From NCBI RefSeq assembly GCF_009914755.1, contig NC_060944.1: a stretch of DNA of 64,000 nt; one strand, given 5' to 3'. The notes beneath the pieces were generated by a model. That model was not told where the DNA came from and made no database searches. It worked only from the letters and a program-made list of their open reading frames with translations. A program made the position numbers and the translations under genes. This DNA is from the human T2T-CHM13v2.0 reference genome, Homo sapiens. How positions within the stretch are numbered: the stretch's first letter is position 1; every line of letters begins with the position of its first letter. Below, piece by piece: positions 1 to 14,603 of this stretch.

Positions 1-964
1 ACAGACCTGAGTTCAAATCCTTCTCTGCCATTTACTGTAATAATTGTGTTCCTTAGGCTGATCCTTTAGCTCTCAGATCCTCTTTTTCCTTTTCTCTAAA
101 ATGATGTGGTTGATATCTGCTTTTGAGGTTGTGAGGATTTAAAATAACAGGTAAATAGGTGCCACACAGTACCAGATACTTAGTTGGGTGAGTAGCCTGG
201 TGATCTGTGGCTGTTAGCTCTTTGAAGGCCAGTATCCCTAGGAGATAGCAGCAACGTCAGCACTGCTCTGATTCCCTGACCAACCCCCAACCCCACCTTT
301 GCCCTCAGAAATACCCTGGACCCTTGTTTCCTTCCTCAAGTTCAGACCCCAGAAATGTTGGGCAAGAAGGAGCCTCCAGGCCAGGCTTTATTGTGCCAGA
401 TGTTATATCTGAGTAAGCAGGATTGTTACACAGCAGAGATACAGGAGCAGAGCAGGTAGCTCAGGCAGCTGCTGATGAACAAAAGGCTTCTTCTCTCTGT
501 TCCCAATAAATTGGTCCTTGGGGATCCTAGCTTTGAAATTCTAATTGACACAGGAAGGAAAAGATTCATTAGGCTCTGGACTCGTTAAAATGCTCTGCTG
601 CTCACCTACGATTTATTCTTGGCACTTCATCAAGAGGAATTAAGTAAACCAATGGGCTGGGAGGCTCCTGACAGCAGAGTCGTGTGTCTCTCGTGCTCCT
701 GGGGGGATGAGAGTGTTGGGTCTCCTATGCTATGGAGCATATAGCTGGCTTTGGAATCTCCTCATCCCTAGGACTTCACATGAGTCTAAGTCTCATATGC
801 TTTTAACAATGGAGGGACCTTCTGAGATCATACTGTGTAACTCATTTATAGATGGTCCAAAGAAGAACTGGGACTTGCTCAAGATCACGAAACGCATTAG
901 TAGTGGAGTTAGAATTAGAATCAGTCAGGCTGCATGACTTCCAGGTCAAGAATATTTTCTCTGC

Positions 965-1267
<303 letters not shown>

Positions 1268-1514
1268 TTTTCTCTGCATCACCTTTGGATTTCTACACCC
1301 AGTGTTTCATTCATTCAGCCTTCAACAGATACTTTTAACACATTCTGTGTGCCAGGACTCTGTGATAAACAAAACAGCCATGGAGGAAAGTAAATACCTG
1401 ACCCAGTATTAGGAGAGATTAGAAAGGCCTCCAAGTCTGAGAGATGGATAGGAATTAGCTCAGCAAGGAGAGATGAGGAAGGTTATGGCTGAGGAACTGG
1501 CATCTATGAAAGCC

Positions 1515-1586
1515 AGATTCAGCTTTCCCTTCAGAGCCTGGCTTTGGCATCTATGAAAGCCAGGCTCTGAAGGGAAAGTTGAATCT
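1515..1586 (+). ncRNA. MIR4755: Intronic pre-miRNA hairpin hsa-mir-4755 (5p ~1524-1545, 3p ~1558-1579)
   Basis: 31-bp inverted repeat (1515-1545 / 1556-1586) with a 10-nt loop. The single non-complementary DNA position is a G-U pair in + strand RNA. Sequence matches my recollection of miR-4755-5p UUUCCCUUCAGAGCCUGGCUUU and -3p AGCCAGGCUCUGAAGGGAAAGU, hosted in a RALY intron. Confidence 0.85.
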
Positions 1587-3947
1587 TGCTAGAGTGGAGA
1601 ATTGAGGAAGAGATGAGATGTTAAGGCAAGCCGAGTCTATGAGGTTTGGGCCACTGTATGGTTGTAAAGAACCCTGGATCTGGGATTAGGAGTCCTGAGT
1701 TCTAGATATGTTTCTGCTACCAATATGTTAGTCATCATTCTAGTAACACTTCACATCTTTTAGGTGTGCCATGATGGGCACTGGGGTACAAAAATGTGTA
1801 AGATGTATGTAGTCCCCTCCCTCAGAGATCTGTCAGTTTAATGAGGCAAGCAGGCTAATTAAGAACCCCTGTAGTAAAGGAACAGTTACCTCTGCTGTAA
1901 GAAGTCAGAATTGAGCTGTGTGTTACTTTAAGCACTTTCTCTGGGCTTTGATGATCTCACCTGTCAAATGGTAAATAACCACTGTCCTATGTAGCTGGTA
2001 AACTGATGAGAAGACAGACAACTTTGTAATGATTGGCGTTTGTTTGGCATTTTGTGGATTTCAAAACACTTTTGACATCATTAATTCATTGAACCTTAAC
2101 TGCAATCTTATGACTTAGGAAATTTCCCCACAATGTACAGATGAGGAAACTGAGAGAGGTTGAGGCTTGTTCATAGTTTCACAGCTTTTGATTAACAAAA
2201 GTTAGGATTATAAATCCAAATCCCGTGCTCTTATTTTGAAAAGTATAAAGATGGCAACCTTTCTTTCTATCCCCTACTTAGTGGCAAATTATCCCCTTCC
2301 CCTTTTCACAGTCACCAGAAATGCAGAGAATGTCTGCTGTGTTTGAAAAGCAGATCTAAGCTGACTGGGGAGAAAGAAAGGAGCTTATTTCAGGTCTTCT
2401 TCAGGCTGGACTCTAAACTTTTAAGATCATGTGCGCCCGTGCTCCCATCAGCTCCTGCTGTTCCATCTCATGCCATTTACAGAGTGCCATTTACTGAGCC
2501 ACTACTTCATTGGCTACTCATAGCAACTTGTGGGGTAGACAAAGTGCACTTTACAGATGGGCAAACTGAGGTCCAGAGTCCCTGAATTGTACATGTCAGA
2601 ACCAGGATTGAATCTAGAAGTCTTGGGCTCCTGACACCAAACAGGTGCTCTTAACTTGCAGAATGTAGGTTCCTTTGATTCAGTTCGGTTCAAACAATTC
2701 TTGAATATAACCCATGTGCCAGAGACTTTGCTATGCAAGAGAGCCTCTAGTTAGGCTCAAACCGTCTTGGTCTAGTGCCTTACTTAAGAACAGGGACTTG
2801 TATTATTTACTTCTCTGTCCCCAGGCAGGACCTTGATCCAAAAATGCTTTGCTGTTGTTTTTGGCCTTAATCTGCCAGAAACTAGAGGGAGCAGATGGCC
2901 ACAGCAATGTGGGTTATGAGGATGTGATATCAGGCAGGGTTGAAGGATGAATTGAGAGCCCTGCACCCAACTACTTCTGTGTCTGTGCCTAGGCCCTTGT
3001 CAGGGTAGTCTCTATCTGAGAGTGTAGCTGGTCAGCCTGGTCCCATTTCTCATTTCCAGTCACCTCCCCCTCTTGCCATCCCATATAATGGGGTTAGTCT
3101 CCTGGACAGATCTCATACAGAGGCTGCTGGGATCTGCTGTCCAAATGACCCTTTGGACCTATTTCCCAGCCATGTTCCAAGATGATGGTGAGGAGTCTAG
3201 CCCCACAGCCAGTATGCTATCTCTATTCAGATAACTCCCAGCTCACAGGCCTCCCACCAGGCTCTCACCCACTCTGATGTTTTCACTCCTGACTCCTAAG
3301 AAGCAGATTGGCAATTTAGTGTGAGTCTGTCAGACAGCCTAGAGAGTAATCAATACTGAGAGAAATGGACATATTTCCTGTTTATTCAAAATCCTGATGA
3401 AAATTTTAAGGAGCACTATTTGGGAAGGGATGACTGGGAACCTTGCAAGAACAAACAGCTTAAAATTCATGAACAGAAATAGCAACGTTTATTCATGATG
3501 TTTCAAATGCCCCTAATATTCACATCTTTATATATTACAGACCCCTTTCATACGTGTTACTGCTTTTGAACCTTAGAGCAACTCTGTGAGGGAAGCAGTG
3601 TAAGGATTACTATTCCCACTTGACAGTTGAGGAAACTAAGGCCCAGGAAGCTTTAAAGAGAGTTAGGGACCATCTGATAGTCATGGTGGCAGAGCCCAAA
3701 ACAGAACCAAGATTTGGAAAATGAGTACTCCTGGGTTTGAAATCTGGTGCTCGCCACTTTCTAGTTGTGTGACCTTTGGCAAGTTACTTGGCCTCTCTGA
3801 GCTCAGTTTCCTTCTCTGTAATACGAGGATAACAATGTCTACTCCTTATGGTTGTGTATGGATTTAATGATATAATTAATGGAAAATGCTAGCACAGTAC
3901 AGAACATGTGTTAGGAGCTTAGTAACTGCAGGTATCCTATCTCATAG

Positions 3948-4300
<353 letters not shown>

Positions 4301-5430
4301 TGATACTTTCACTACAGTAAAATGGACTACATATAATAAATTCTCATTAACCAGAGTATCATTTAAATGCCTCACTAGGTTAAGAGAACTGGATAAGAAG
4401 GGAAGCAGGGTGCTCCAGGCACTGGCTAAGTACTCCTGATGCAAATCACAGTAGGTTAGAGCTGACAGGGACCCTAGAGATCTGTCCCAGTGTGTCTTCC
4501 TCAAATTGTGTCTTCCTCAGAAGAGATGTTAATAATTTGGGAAACATCAGATTGAATAATGCTAATAAGTAAATTTCTTTACCGCTGCCTTTGCAGACCC
4601 TTATTGTGTGTGTCTCTTGGGAACGAGTTGAGAGTGGAATATGCCAAATTTCCTCTTCTTATTTAACCTTGGAGCCCCTTTTTTGAGGAACTCTCATTAA
4701 CATCTTGAGGAACCCTGGTTTTCCGTGGAAGATTTCATGTAACTGACTCAGTCCAGTTCTTTAATTTTTAAGATGAGGGAAGCTTAAGGTCTCTAACCAA
4801 GGTCTACAGCCCATGGCAGAACCAAGTCTAAATCTCAGGGTGCCTAACTTTTTCCTAGGCCGCACCATAATTTGTACTCCACTATTGTTCCTTTTCTAGC
4901 CAGCAAATCCTAAAATTACAGAGGATCCTGCAAACCACTAATCAGAGAGCATTGTTAGAGCATCAAGCTTTCTGTTTTGATGTGTTTATCCCAGTAGGCA
5001 GGAAAATGAGGAAACAACAGGCTTAATGGCCATCAGATGTTTCCAAACAGTTGAAGGACCAGGGGTCAAGTAATTATCTCAGTAACTGGAAAGGTGCCCT
5101 TACCGTGCAAAGTCGAACTCTGTTCTTCCTGCTGTAAGAAATTTGAGTTATATCTGGGGGACTCATCCAGTAGGCCCACAGTCCCCACAGTCCAGCTCCT
5201 ACTAAGAACTAAGCTCTGACACCAGTAATATAAAAAAGATCCTGAGAGGGGTTTGAAGAGAATGTGTAAGTTTCTGCTCCTCTGTCACCGTCTCCATCAC
5301 AAAATTGAGGGGGTAGGAATGTTCTGCTGGATTTCTATCCAGACAGTGGCAGAGGAAGTTGGCTTTGGCATTTAGTGGGGCTATCCTTGCATTTTACTAA
5401 GCCCTCTAGTTAAGATCAAATCAAGTTTAA

Positions 5431-5706
<276 letters not shown>

Positions 5707-5768
5707 TGACGGCAAATTAGTGATAGACCCTTTTCACAAGTGCCTAGTGCAAGGCCAACATTTAGTAG

Positions 5769-6097
<329 letters not shown>

Positions 6098-6896
6098 AAG
6101 AAATATTTATTAATTGAAAATTTTAGTACATTCTCAGGGATTAACTTATGGTCTCCTAACTCTTTGCCCAGTATTCTTTCCATTAAGATAGCTTGGTGGG
6201 GCCAGTGGTTGGGCTTCATCTCAGGGTGACCAGATAATAAAGAGAGGGAGGGCTGAATCTCTGTCACTATTGATATTGCTGACAAGGATGGCATTTTCTG
6301 GCCTTTGCTGCTGTCCTTATACATACTACCCACTACAGAAAGCCCAGATTCAGTAGTCTCTGGGCTGCAGACTCAAGCTTTTGTTGCCTTTGCTCCCTGT
6401 AGTATACTGAACAATGATGCCAGTGACCCCCAGCTTCTCACTCTGCCTTCTCCTTTATTTTCTTTCTCATCAGTGTCTTACATCTCCTTCTATTCTGCTG
6501 ATGGATGAGGAATTTGAGCTCATCTCACAAACATCAGCTACACGGTTCACTGTTAAGGAGTTGTTGTATCATGTACCTTGGGAAACCATTTACTGAAAAA
6601 CGCCCACCTAGGATTCTTTCACCTGTTCACTAGCAGAAATTTCACTGGTTGCTAGTATAGTGCTGGAGGCTGGGATTGCAAAGATTAATAAAATAGTCTC
6701 TGCCTTCAAGGAGTTCAGAATTTAATGGAGGGAGACAGATGTGTAAATACAAAAGTGCAGCAGATGTTGCAGTAGAGGTCAGCAGAGAGTATCTGGGTCC
6801 AGAGGAGTGAGTGGCTGGATCTGCCTACGGGGTGGGATACAAAAGCTTTCCCGAAGAGTTTTCTACAGGGACGTCACATCAGTGGGTTTGTACTCA

Positions 6897-7241
<345 letters not shown>

Positions 7242-9214
7242 AGAAATTGGTTCCAGTTGTACTTTATTGATGAAGCGGTCTCCCTCTTAACCTTACTCAA
7301 TGTTGAGTATGATATTTTGAGCTATCTGTTAAATGGGGGCAATAGTAATACCATTTTCATTTAGAAAATTCCTGAGCACTTAACTTGCATTATCTTAACA
7401 TTATCTCATTGAATTCTCACAACAGCCTTATGGAGAAAGTACTGTAATATTATTCCCATTTTTACAAATGAGAAAACCAGGCACAGAGAGGTTAAATCAT
7501 TTACCCAGGATCATACAGCCAACGTATAGCAGAGCTGGGATTTGAACCCCAGGTAGTCTGATTCCAGAGTCATTTTCCTAAAACAACCCCAAAAAGAGCC
7601 ATTGTGACCTTGATATAATTCTTACCTCAAAGAGTTGTAAGGATGAGAATTTAAATACTTAGCAATGTATCTTCCATGTAATAAGCAATTAATACAATGA
7701 TCATTTATATTACATTCTTTCCTAAATGCTGGGGTGGATTGGGCTGTTGCAAAGATACTGCCTTCCTGTCTCTCTCCAACTTTTCCTGGCTTTAGCATCT
7801 GTGCAGCCTGCCGCTTTGTATCTTAAACAGCATAGATAAGGAAGGAAGCAGGGGTGGGGCATGGGGGCTGTGGTATGTGGCTCTGCTGGAGTTCAATTCA
7901 GCAGATACTCCCTAAGCACCCACTCTGGGCTAGAGCCTGTTCTGATGCCAGTGGGGATGCCAAGATGAAATAGATTGTGGTCCCTGCTGTCCAGGAATTC
8001 ACAGTCAGTCTGGGAGGAGAGATGACACTGAAACAGAGTATTTTAATACAATCTCCTCAGGTGGATCTTAGCCAGCACATCAGACCCCACTGCCCAACGG
8101 CTCATACCACAACTAGCAGGGCAAGAATGCCTTGCTATTATATTGATTGTTAAAATAATAAACTTGTTAATATCTTTGACATCATTAAAGTCACTGTTAT
8201 TAATGTAGAAAGTAGCAGTATGTCTTATTGCATATATTACCTCCAGTTAATGGATCCATGGGCACTATTGGTGCTTCCATCACATGTCTAGCAATGTGCC
8301 CAAAAATCTCTATGTTGCTTGAGGAGAGGAGACTAATACATGAGACAAAAAGGGTTTGGCACAAGATGGGATGCTCTGCTCAGGGGTTGGATTGGTGGTT
8401 CAGATGCTCAGAAGCTATAGGGACTTACAAGTGCCTCCTTACTGAGCACTGGGCTGCGTACAACATCAGAATGGGTGATGGCTCACTCTTCAGTGTCCAC
8501 AAAGCCCTTTCTGATCTGATCTCGGCTAGGCACTCTAGTATCATCGGCATCATTTCTTGTTACATCCTAGACTCTGGGCAAACCACAATACATCATATTA
8601 TTCATTAAATGTGGGATCTCTGTCAAACTTCTGTAACTTTCCTTATGCTATTTCCTCTTAAATGTACTCTCTTACCTGTGTGTGGGTTAACTTCAACTCA
8701 TCCTTCAGGACAAGATTGGAACTTACTGTTGACTCTTCTTGTCTGAGTCGTCTCCCTTTCTTTCTGTCCCTTAGGTAATTGACATGCCTCCAAGTTCCTA
8801 GTTGCTCCTGTCATAGACCTCATCAAGATGAAACATAGGTTCTGGTTTTCTTGAGGTTTTCACCACTGACTGGACTATAAATTCTTCCAGGGGGGAGATT
8901 GTACTTTATTAACCTCTGTAGTTTTATACAGTGTCTGGCAGTAATAGGTGAACAATAAATGATTTTTTGATAAATGAGTAAATCTTTTTAACATGTTATT
9001 CCTCTACCTAGGAACCTACAGTAACTTCATGGCACTCAAAACTTTGTAGACTCAAAAGCTAGTAAACACAGTAGACTATACATCTTCACATGTACATGAA
9101 AACAGTAATGAGGATTTGATTTTCCCTACTAATTCACCTCTACTCTCCCTACCCCACCACCTGCCCAATATGGTAATACATGATGCTGCGAGGTTGCCAT
9201 GAAAGTGGCATTCA

Positions 9215-9780
9215 TTGGAGATAACAGTGTAAATTGGTGTAACTCTTTTGGAAAGCAGTTAAGCAATGTGTTGCCAGAGCCAATAAAATGTTCATATATT
9301 TGACCAGTCATTCCACTTCTGGGAGTCTGTCCTAAGGAAATAGTCTAGTTTATACAATAAGCTTTCCCTCAGATGCTATTGTTTATAATAGTGAGAAATT
9401 GGAAAAAGCCTAAAAGACCACCAATCTAAACTATGATAAATCTACTCAGGGAAAACCACGAGCTTTTAAAGCAGTAGTGTAAAAAATGATGCTTACCGAA
9501 AACTATGCGGCAGTAAGGACAAATATGCTATAATATATATAATAAATGTGTTATAATGCTAATTGAAAAAATTAGGCTACAGAGTTGAGTTATCTAACCA
9601 TGTAATCCAAACATAATGTGCAAGAAAAACACTGGAAGGAAATACACGAACATGCTAACAGTTATGTCCCATAGAGGGGTGGGGGTTAGATGATTTCATA
9701 TGGTAATTTCATATAATAAACATACTCAATATAATAGCACAAATTCTTACCCAAATTATTGGTTAAGAATTTTAAAATAA
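9215..9780 (+). mobile_element. Old L1 (L1M-type) 3' fragment
   Basis: Motifs gtaaattggt...tttggaaagcag...cattccacttctggg typical of L1M 3' ends. Confidence 0.6.
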
Positions 9781-9786
9781 TAAACC

Positions 9787-10195
<409 letters not shown>

Positions 10196-12662
10196 CTACA
10201 TTCTAAAAATATTGAGGCCAAATGAGGAGGGCGTGGTGAATAACAGTATGTGGGGGAAATGTATATGCCTAATAGAGAACATTGGTTCATGGAGTTTAAT
10301 GAGATGTCCAAGGTCACACAGCTAGTAAGTGGCTGATCCTGGATTTAAACCTTGTTCTGTCTCTGTCCAAAGCCATGCCCTTTCTCCTGCAGCTGAGACA
10401 CCTATTACAGTTTTGGAGAAACTTTTTTTTTTTCTTTTAACCAGTTGCAGTGTAGAAGCTTGTTTAGTGTAGTGCCTCCTTTTTGAGGGGAAGGGGGCCG
10501 GGAAGGGTTAATTCTTTCTAAGACAATGACAAGGGGGAAAGACCATAGATACCAAAGCTGCTTCTGTCATGATCAGTTGAATTGATGAGTTTAGAAGTTC
10601 ACTAGGCATTGGGTGTGTTATACCTGTCGTTTTGAGGGCTGTTTTTTGTGAAGTTGCAGTGGTTCATTGGTTGGCTTTCGTTTGATGCTTAGCTTATGGT
10701 AGCAGGGCATCTTGGACATAAGCGTGCATATGTATACCGTATTACATGCTAATGAACATTTTGTTCATTACACCAAGTTTATTAATGATGCTGCTGCTGT
10801 GGGAGTGAGAGAGGGGTCAGGGTGGCAGCTTCAAACAAGGGACAGTGTCTAAGCTGCTCTCTGAAAGGAACGGTTCACCTGAACCATACAATGCCCTATC
10901 CCCATACTTACTTCTCAATGACTAATCCAAGAAAAGGTGATTTTGAACTTGAGTCTATCCTTTGGAGTATGATACTCATCCCTTCGGAAGAACCCATTTC
11001 ACATTGACATGTTCACTCTCTGACCTTAGGCATGTTCTCTGCGCTAGGGTTTACTCTCTGCACTAGGGTTTGCCTAATAGAGAACATTGGCTCAATGAGT
11101 TTAATGAGATGTCCAAGGTCACACAACTAGTAAGTGCTGATCCTGGATTTAAACCCACTAGGGTTTACTCATTTATAAAGTGAATGACATATAACCACTC
11201 AGAGGATTGTTGTGTATAGATTTGGTAGCCTTAACTCATGAAGAGTCTTGTAAGCCACATTAAAGGATTTGAACTTGATTCTTTATGGTGGGAAGCCCTT
11301 GAAGGATTTTAAACAGGAGGTGGCAGGGGCACACTTGATTGATCACACAGGAAGCAGATGCTTAGTAATGTTTGTGGAGTTAATGTTGTTACCAGGGAGA
11401 CAAAGGCAGAGTGGCTACAACTGTGGCATCATTCTCAGTGGTCCCCTGTAGACCAAACATGTGACACTGTGGGAGATGATGCTTAGAGCCCTAAGTTATG
11501 TTTGGATCAGCACCCTGGAGAGAGGTCACCCGTTCCTTCCTTCCCCTGTCTGAATGTGGGAAATTTAAGATATATGTTGATGCATATGCTGTCTTATAGG
11601 GTCAAGCCTTTGGGGCTGTGAGGGGTGCCACTCAGTGTGTTCAAGGAGAAGGATTGTTGTAATGAGGAAAATACTGATTCTGCATGAAAGGATTTTAATC
11701 AACTGCCCTGATACCTGAGGGACACAGTACTTGGCTGGAGTGCTGAATTGTGCACCATCCAGCCCTTGCTTCCAGCCTGCTGGCTTCCTGCTTGGGTGCC
11801 TCTGTCTAGGAAGACCTGCAGCAGCTGTCCATCCTGGGAGTATTCCTGTCTATGCTTACGTGGCACATGTCAGGTAACAGAGCATGTTATCTCCTTTGAC
11901 CCTCACAACAACCTGTGTTACAGGGATTTTTATCCCCATTTTACAGGTGGGGAACTGTGAACCTCAGAAAAGTCAAGTGCCTTTCCAGGTCATACAGCTA
12001 GTAGACACGGGATTCAGGCCCCAGCGCTCTACAGGCAAGGAGAAATCCAAAGCTAATAAGCCCCCATTACTATTTTAACTTAGAGCTATGCCTGTTGTGG
12101 TAGGAGTTAAGCCTCCCTGTCATACAGGTTGGGAGATGAGAACAGGATGCACTACCACGGCACAGCCTTCTGCACCCTTACTCAGCCACAGAATGTAGGA
12201 GTTCCATCAGAGATACCAAATAGTGAGCAACTGAGGGCTTCTTGAAATATCAGCCCTTGGGGCCCTGTTGCCCAGCAGGGGAGCCCAATCTGCTCTAGAG
12301 GGTCCTCAAAGCACAAGGAGGCCTTGGTGGGAACCTTTGCTTAGCGTCCTCTTCCACCTAATTTCTCAAGTTGTATTCCTTATGAGCTCTGGCAGCTGCA
12401 TTGTTCCATATGCTCATTTATTTATTCATTCAGCACTTAATAAGTACCTACTCTTGTCTTTCCTTTTATGTTCAAGGCACATTTCCAAATACTAGAGTTT
12501 TGGTGAGACACTTGAAGAGACTTTATCGCATCCACCGTGATAGTATTTTTTTCCTTGATCACAGTTCAGCTCTAGGTTAATATTCCATTAGAACTGACCA
12601 CCTTCTCTTTTATACTCACATGGAAAAGTTATTGCAGGTTCCAACAACAACAATAATAATTG

Positions 12663-12864
12663 AGGTTGAGCATCCGTAAGTTGAAAATCCAAAATTCTCC
12701 AAAATTGGAAACTTTCTGAGTGCCAACATCACATTCAAAGGAAACGCTCATTGGAGCATTTCAGATTAGGGATGCTCAGCCAGTTAAGTATCTGCAGATA
12801 TTCCAAAATCTATAATCTGAAATGCTTCTTGTCCCAAGCATTTGGATAAGGAATACTTAACCTG
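12663..12864 (+). mobile_element. Tigger4a/MER46-like TcMar MITE
   Basis: Terminal inverted repeats aggttgagcatcc ... ggaatacttaacctg, followed by TA. Confidence 0.75.
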
Positions 12865-14467
12865 TAGCAGCAGGAGCTAATATATTCGCATGCTTTCTGA
12901 TGTGCTGGACACTATTCTGAATGCTTACATGAATTATTTTATCCTCTAACAACCCTAGAGATATGTATTGCTATTTCCATCTTACAGGTAAGATAGACAC
13001 TTCCCAAAAGGTCATGTCAGCCAGTTCAGTAACAGAGTGAAGGCATTTGGTTTCAGGTATCTCCTGACGACATTCCATGTCCTGTCACACAGGAGTAAGG
13101 ATTCAGGCTTTGGCTCCTGCTTGATGTCAAGCCATGTATTTAACTCCTACACACAGCAAGCTTTACCTCTCTGTATACTGTGTCATATGACCCACTCAGC
13201 TCTGAGTTATGCTGAAAGAAAACACTACATAAGCTCAAAGCAAAAAGCAGTTTTGTACACTGATGAAAATTTGACGACGCACATGGAAGATTGAAGGTGC
13301 ACTAATTGTGCCTTTGAGCACTGGTTAAGAGCTACTCAGTTTGCCCAGTCATAGTCTTAGGTAAGTACAGTAGCATTCAGGAATGAATCTGGTGTCCATT
13401 CCTCTCAGCTCCCTAGATGGAGAGAGAAGACTGGTTTGTAAACAGCCATGATAAAAGACAGAAAATGAGAAAACCTTTTCTTCTCCCTTTGACCTTCCTG
13501 GCTGGTTTCCTGGTGTTTGTCAAAGTATGGAGAGAGGGTCTGGAATACCAGACTCTTCAGGAATATACCCCCAGGCTTCAGGAAAGTGGTTCCAGCCCCC
13601 CATTAAGCCTAGATTGTCTTCCCTTGCAGGATGTAGCATGACGTAGAGCAGAGACCAAGATAAATCACCATTAGAAGTGTTTGGTGGCAAGTCCTTAGTC
13701 TCCCTATCCCCTTCTCTCTTAAGAGAGAGACAAGAAAAGGAAAAAAATTGGATAGTTTTTTGTAAATTAGTCTGACACCAATGTCTAAAAACAATCAGGC
13801 TGAAGGACTTGGAAAGAAATGAAGTAAACTTCATGTTTTCTTTGCTTTGGTTTCATAGAAGTTCACAGTTGGGCAAGAGTGGCTTAGAGCTGTGTTACTC
13901 AAAGTGAAGTTTAAAAAGCAAAACAAAAGAAAAAAACTGGTTCTTCACCACAAATAGTTTTGAGAAGTACTGACTTATTTAGTTAGTGTGACAGTGTGAA
14001 AAATAACCTAAGTCTTTTGATTATGAGATTAATAATACCTGCCTCAGAGTACTGTTTTGGGGATTATTTGATGGTAAATAATATTTTGAGTACTTAAGAT
14101 TGGCCTACTGCTATGCACTGTATGTGTATTATTTAATCTTCTCCACAATTCTGTAGTAAGTTTTCTGAAACTTTGGATAGGTTATAGGACTTGCCAGAGG
14201 TCAAAGGTGTGGTAAGTAAGCAAGTAGGTAGAATTTGAATGGGAGTTATGTGGCATGTTCTGTGTAAGGAGCCTGTTCCACATGAGGGCTCCCTTGTCAC
14301 TGTACTTTCTCTGTATCACTAATGGTAAAGATCTGCTTTCTTTTTCTATCACTGACCCTAACTTACTTTGTTACCTTGGGCAAGTCCCTTTCTCTGAGAC
14401 TTAATTTTTCTTATTTACCCTCAAGGATATGCCACATGACCTAGGTTTTTATTCCCTAGATCATGCA

Positions 14468-14603
14468 GCATATCCTAGGAACCAGGGACTTTATTCATCT
14501 CTGGTTCCACAGCACCTAGCTAGATAGGCCTGGCATATCCTAGGAACCAGGGACTTTATTCATCTCTGGTTCCACAGCACCTAGCTAGATAGGCCTGGCA
14601 TAT
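14468..14603. repeat. Perfect 65-bp tandem duplication (2 copies plus 6-bp microhomology)
   Basis: 14468-14532 identical to 14533-14597; gcatat repeated a third time at 14598. Confidence 0.95.

Noticed and set aside
4491-4519. 13-bp direct repeat tgtgtcttcctca
   Set aside because: Too short to separate from routine slippage
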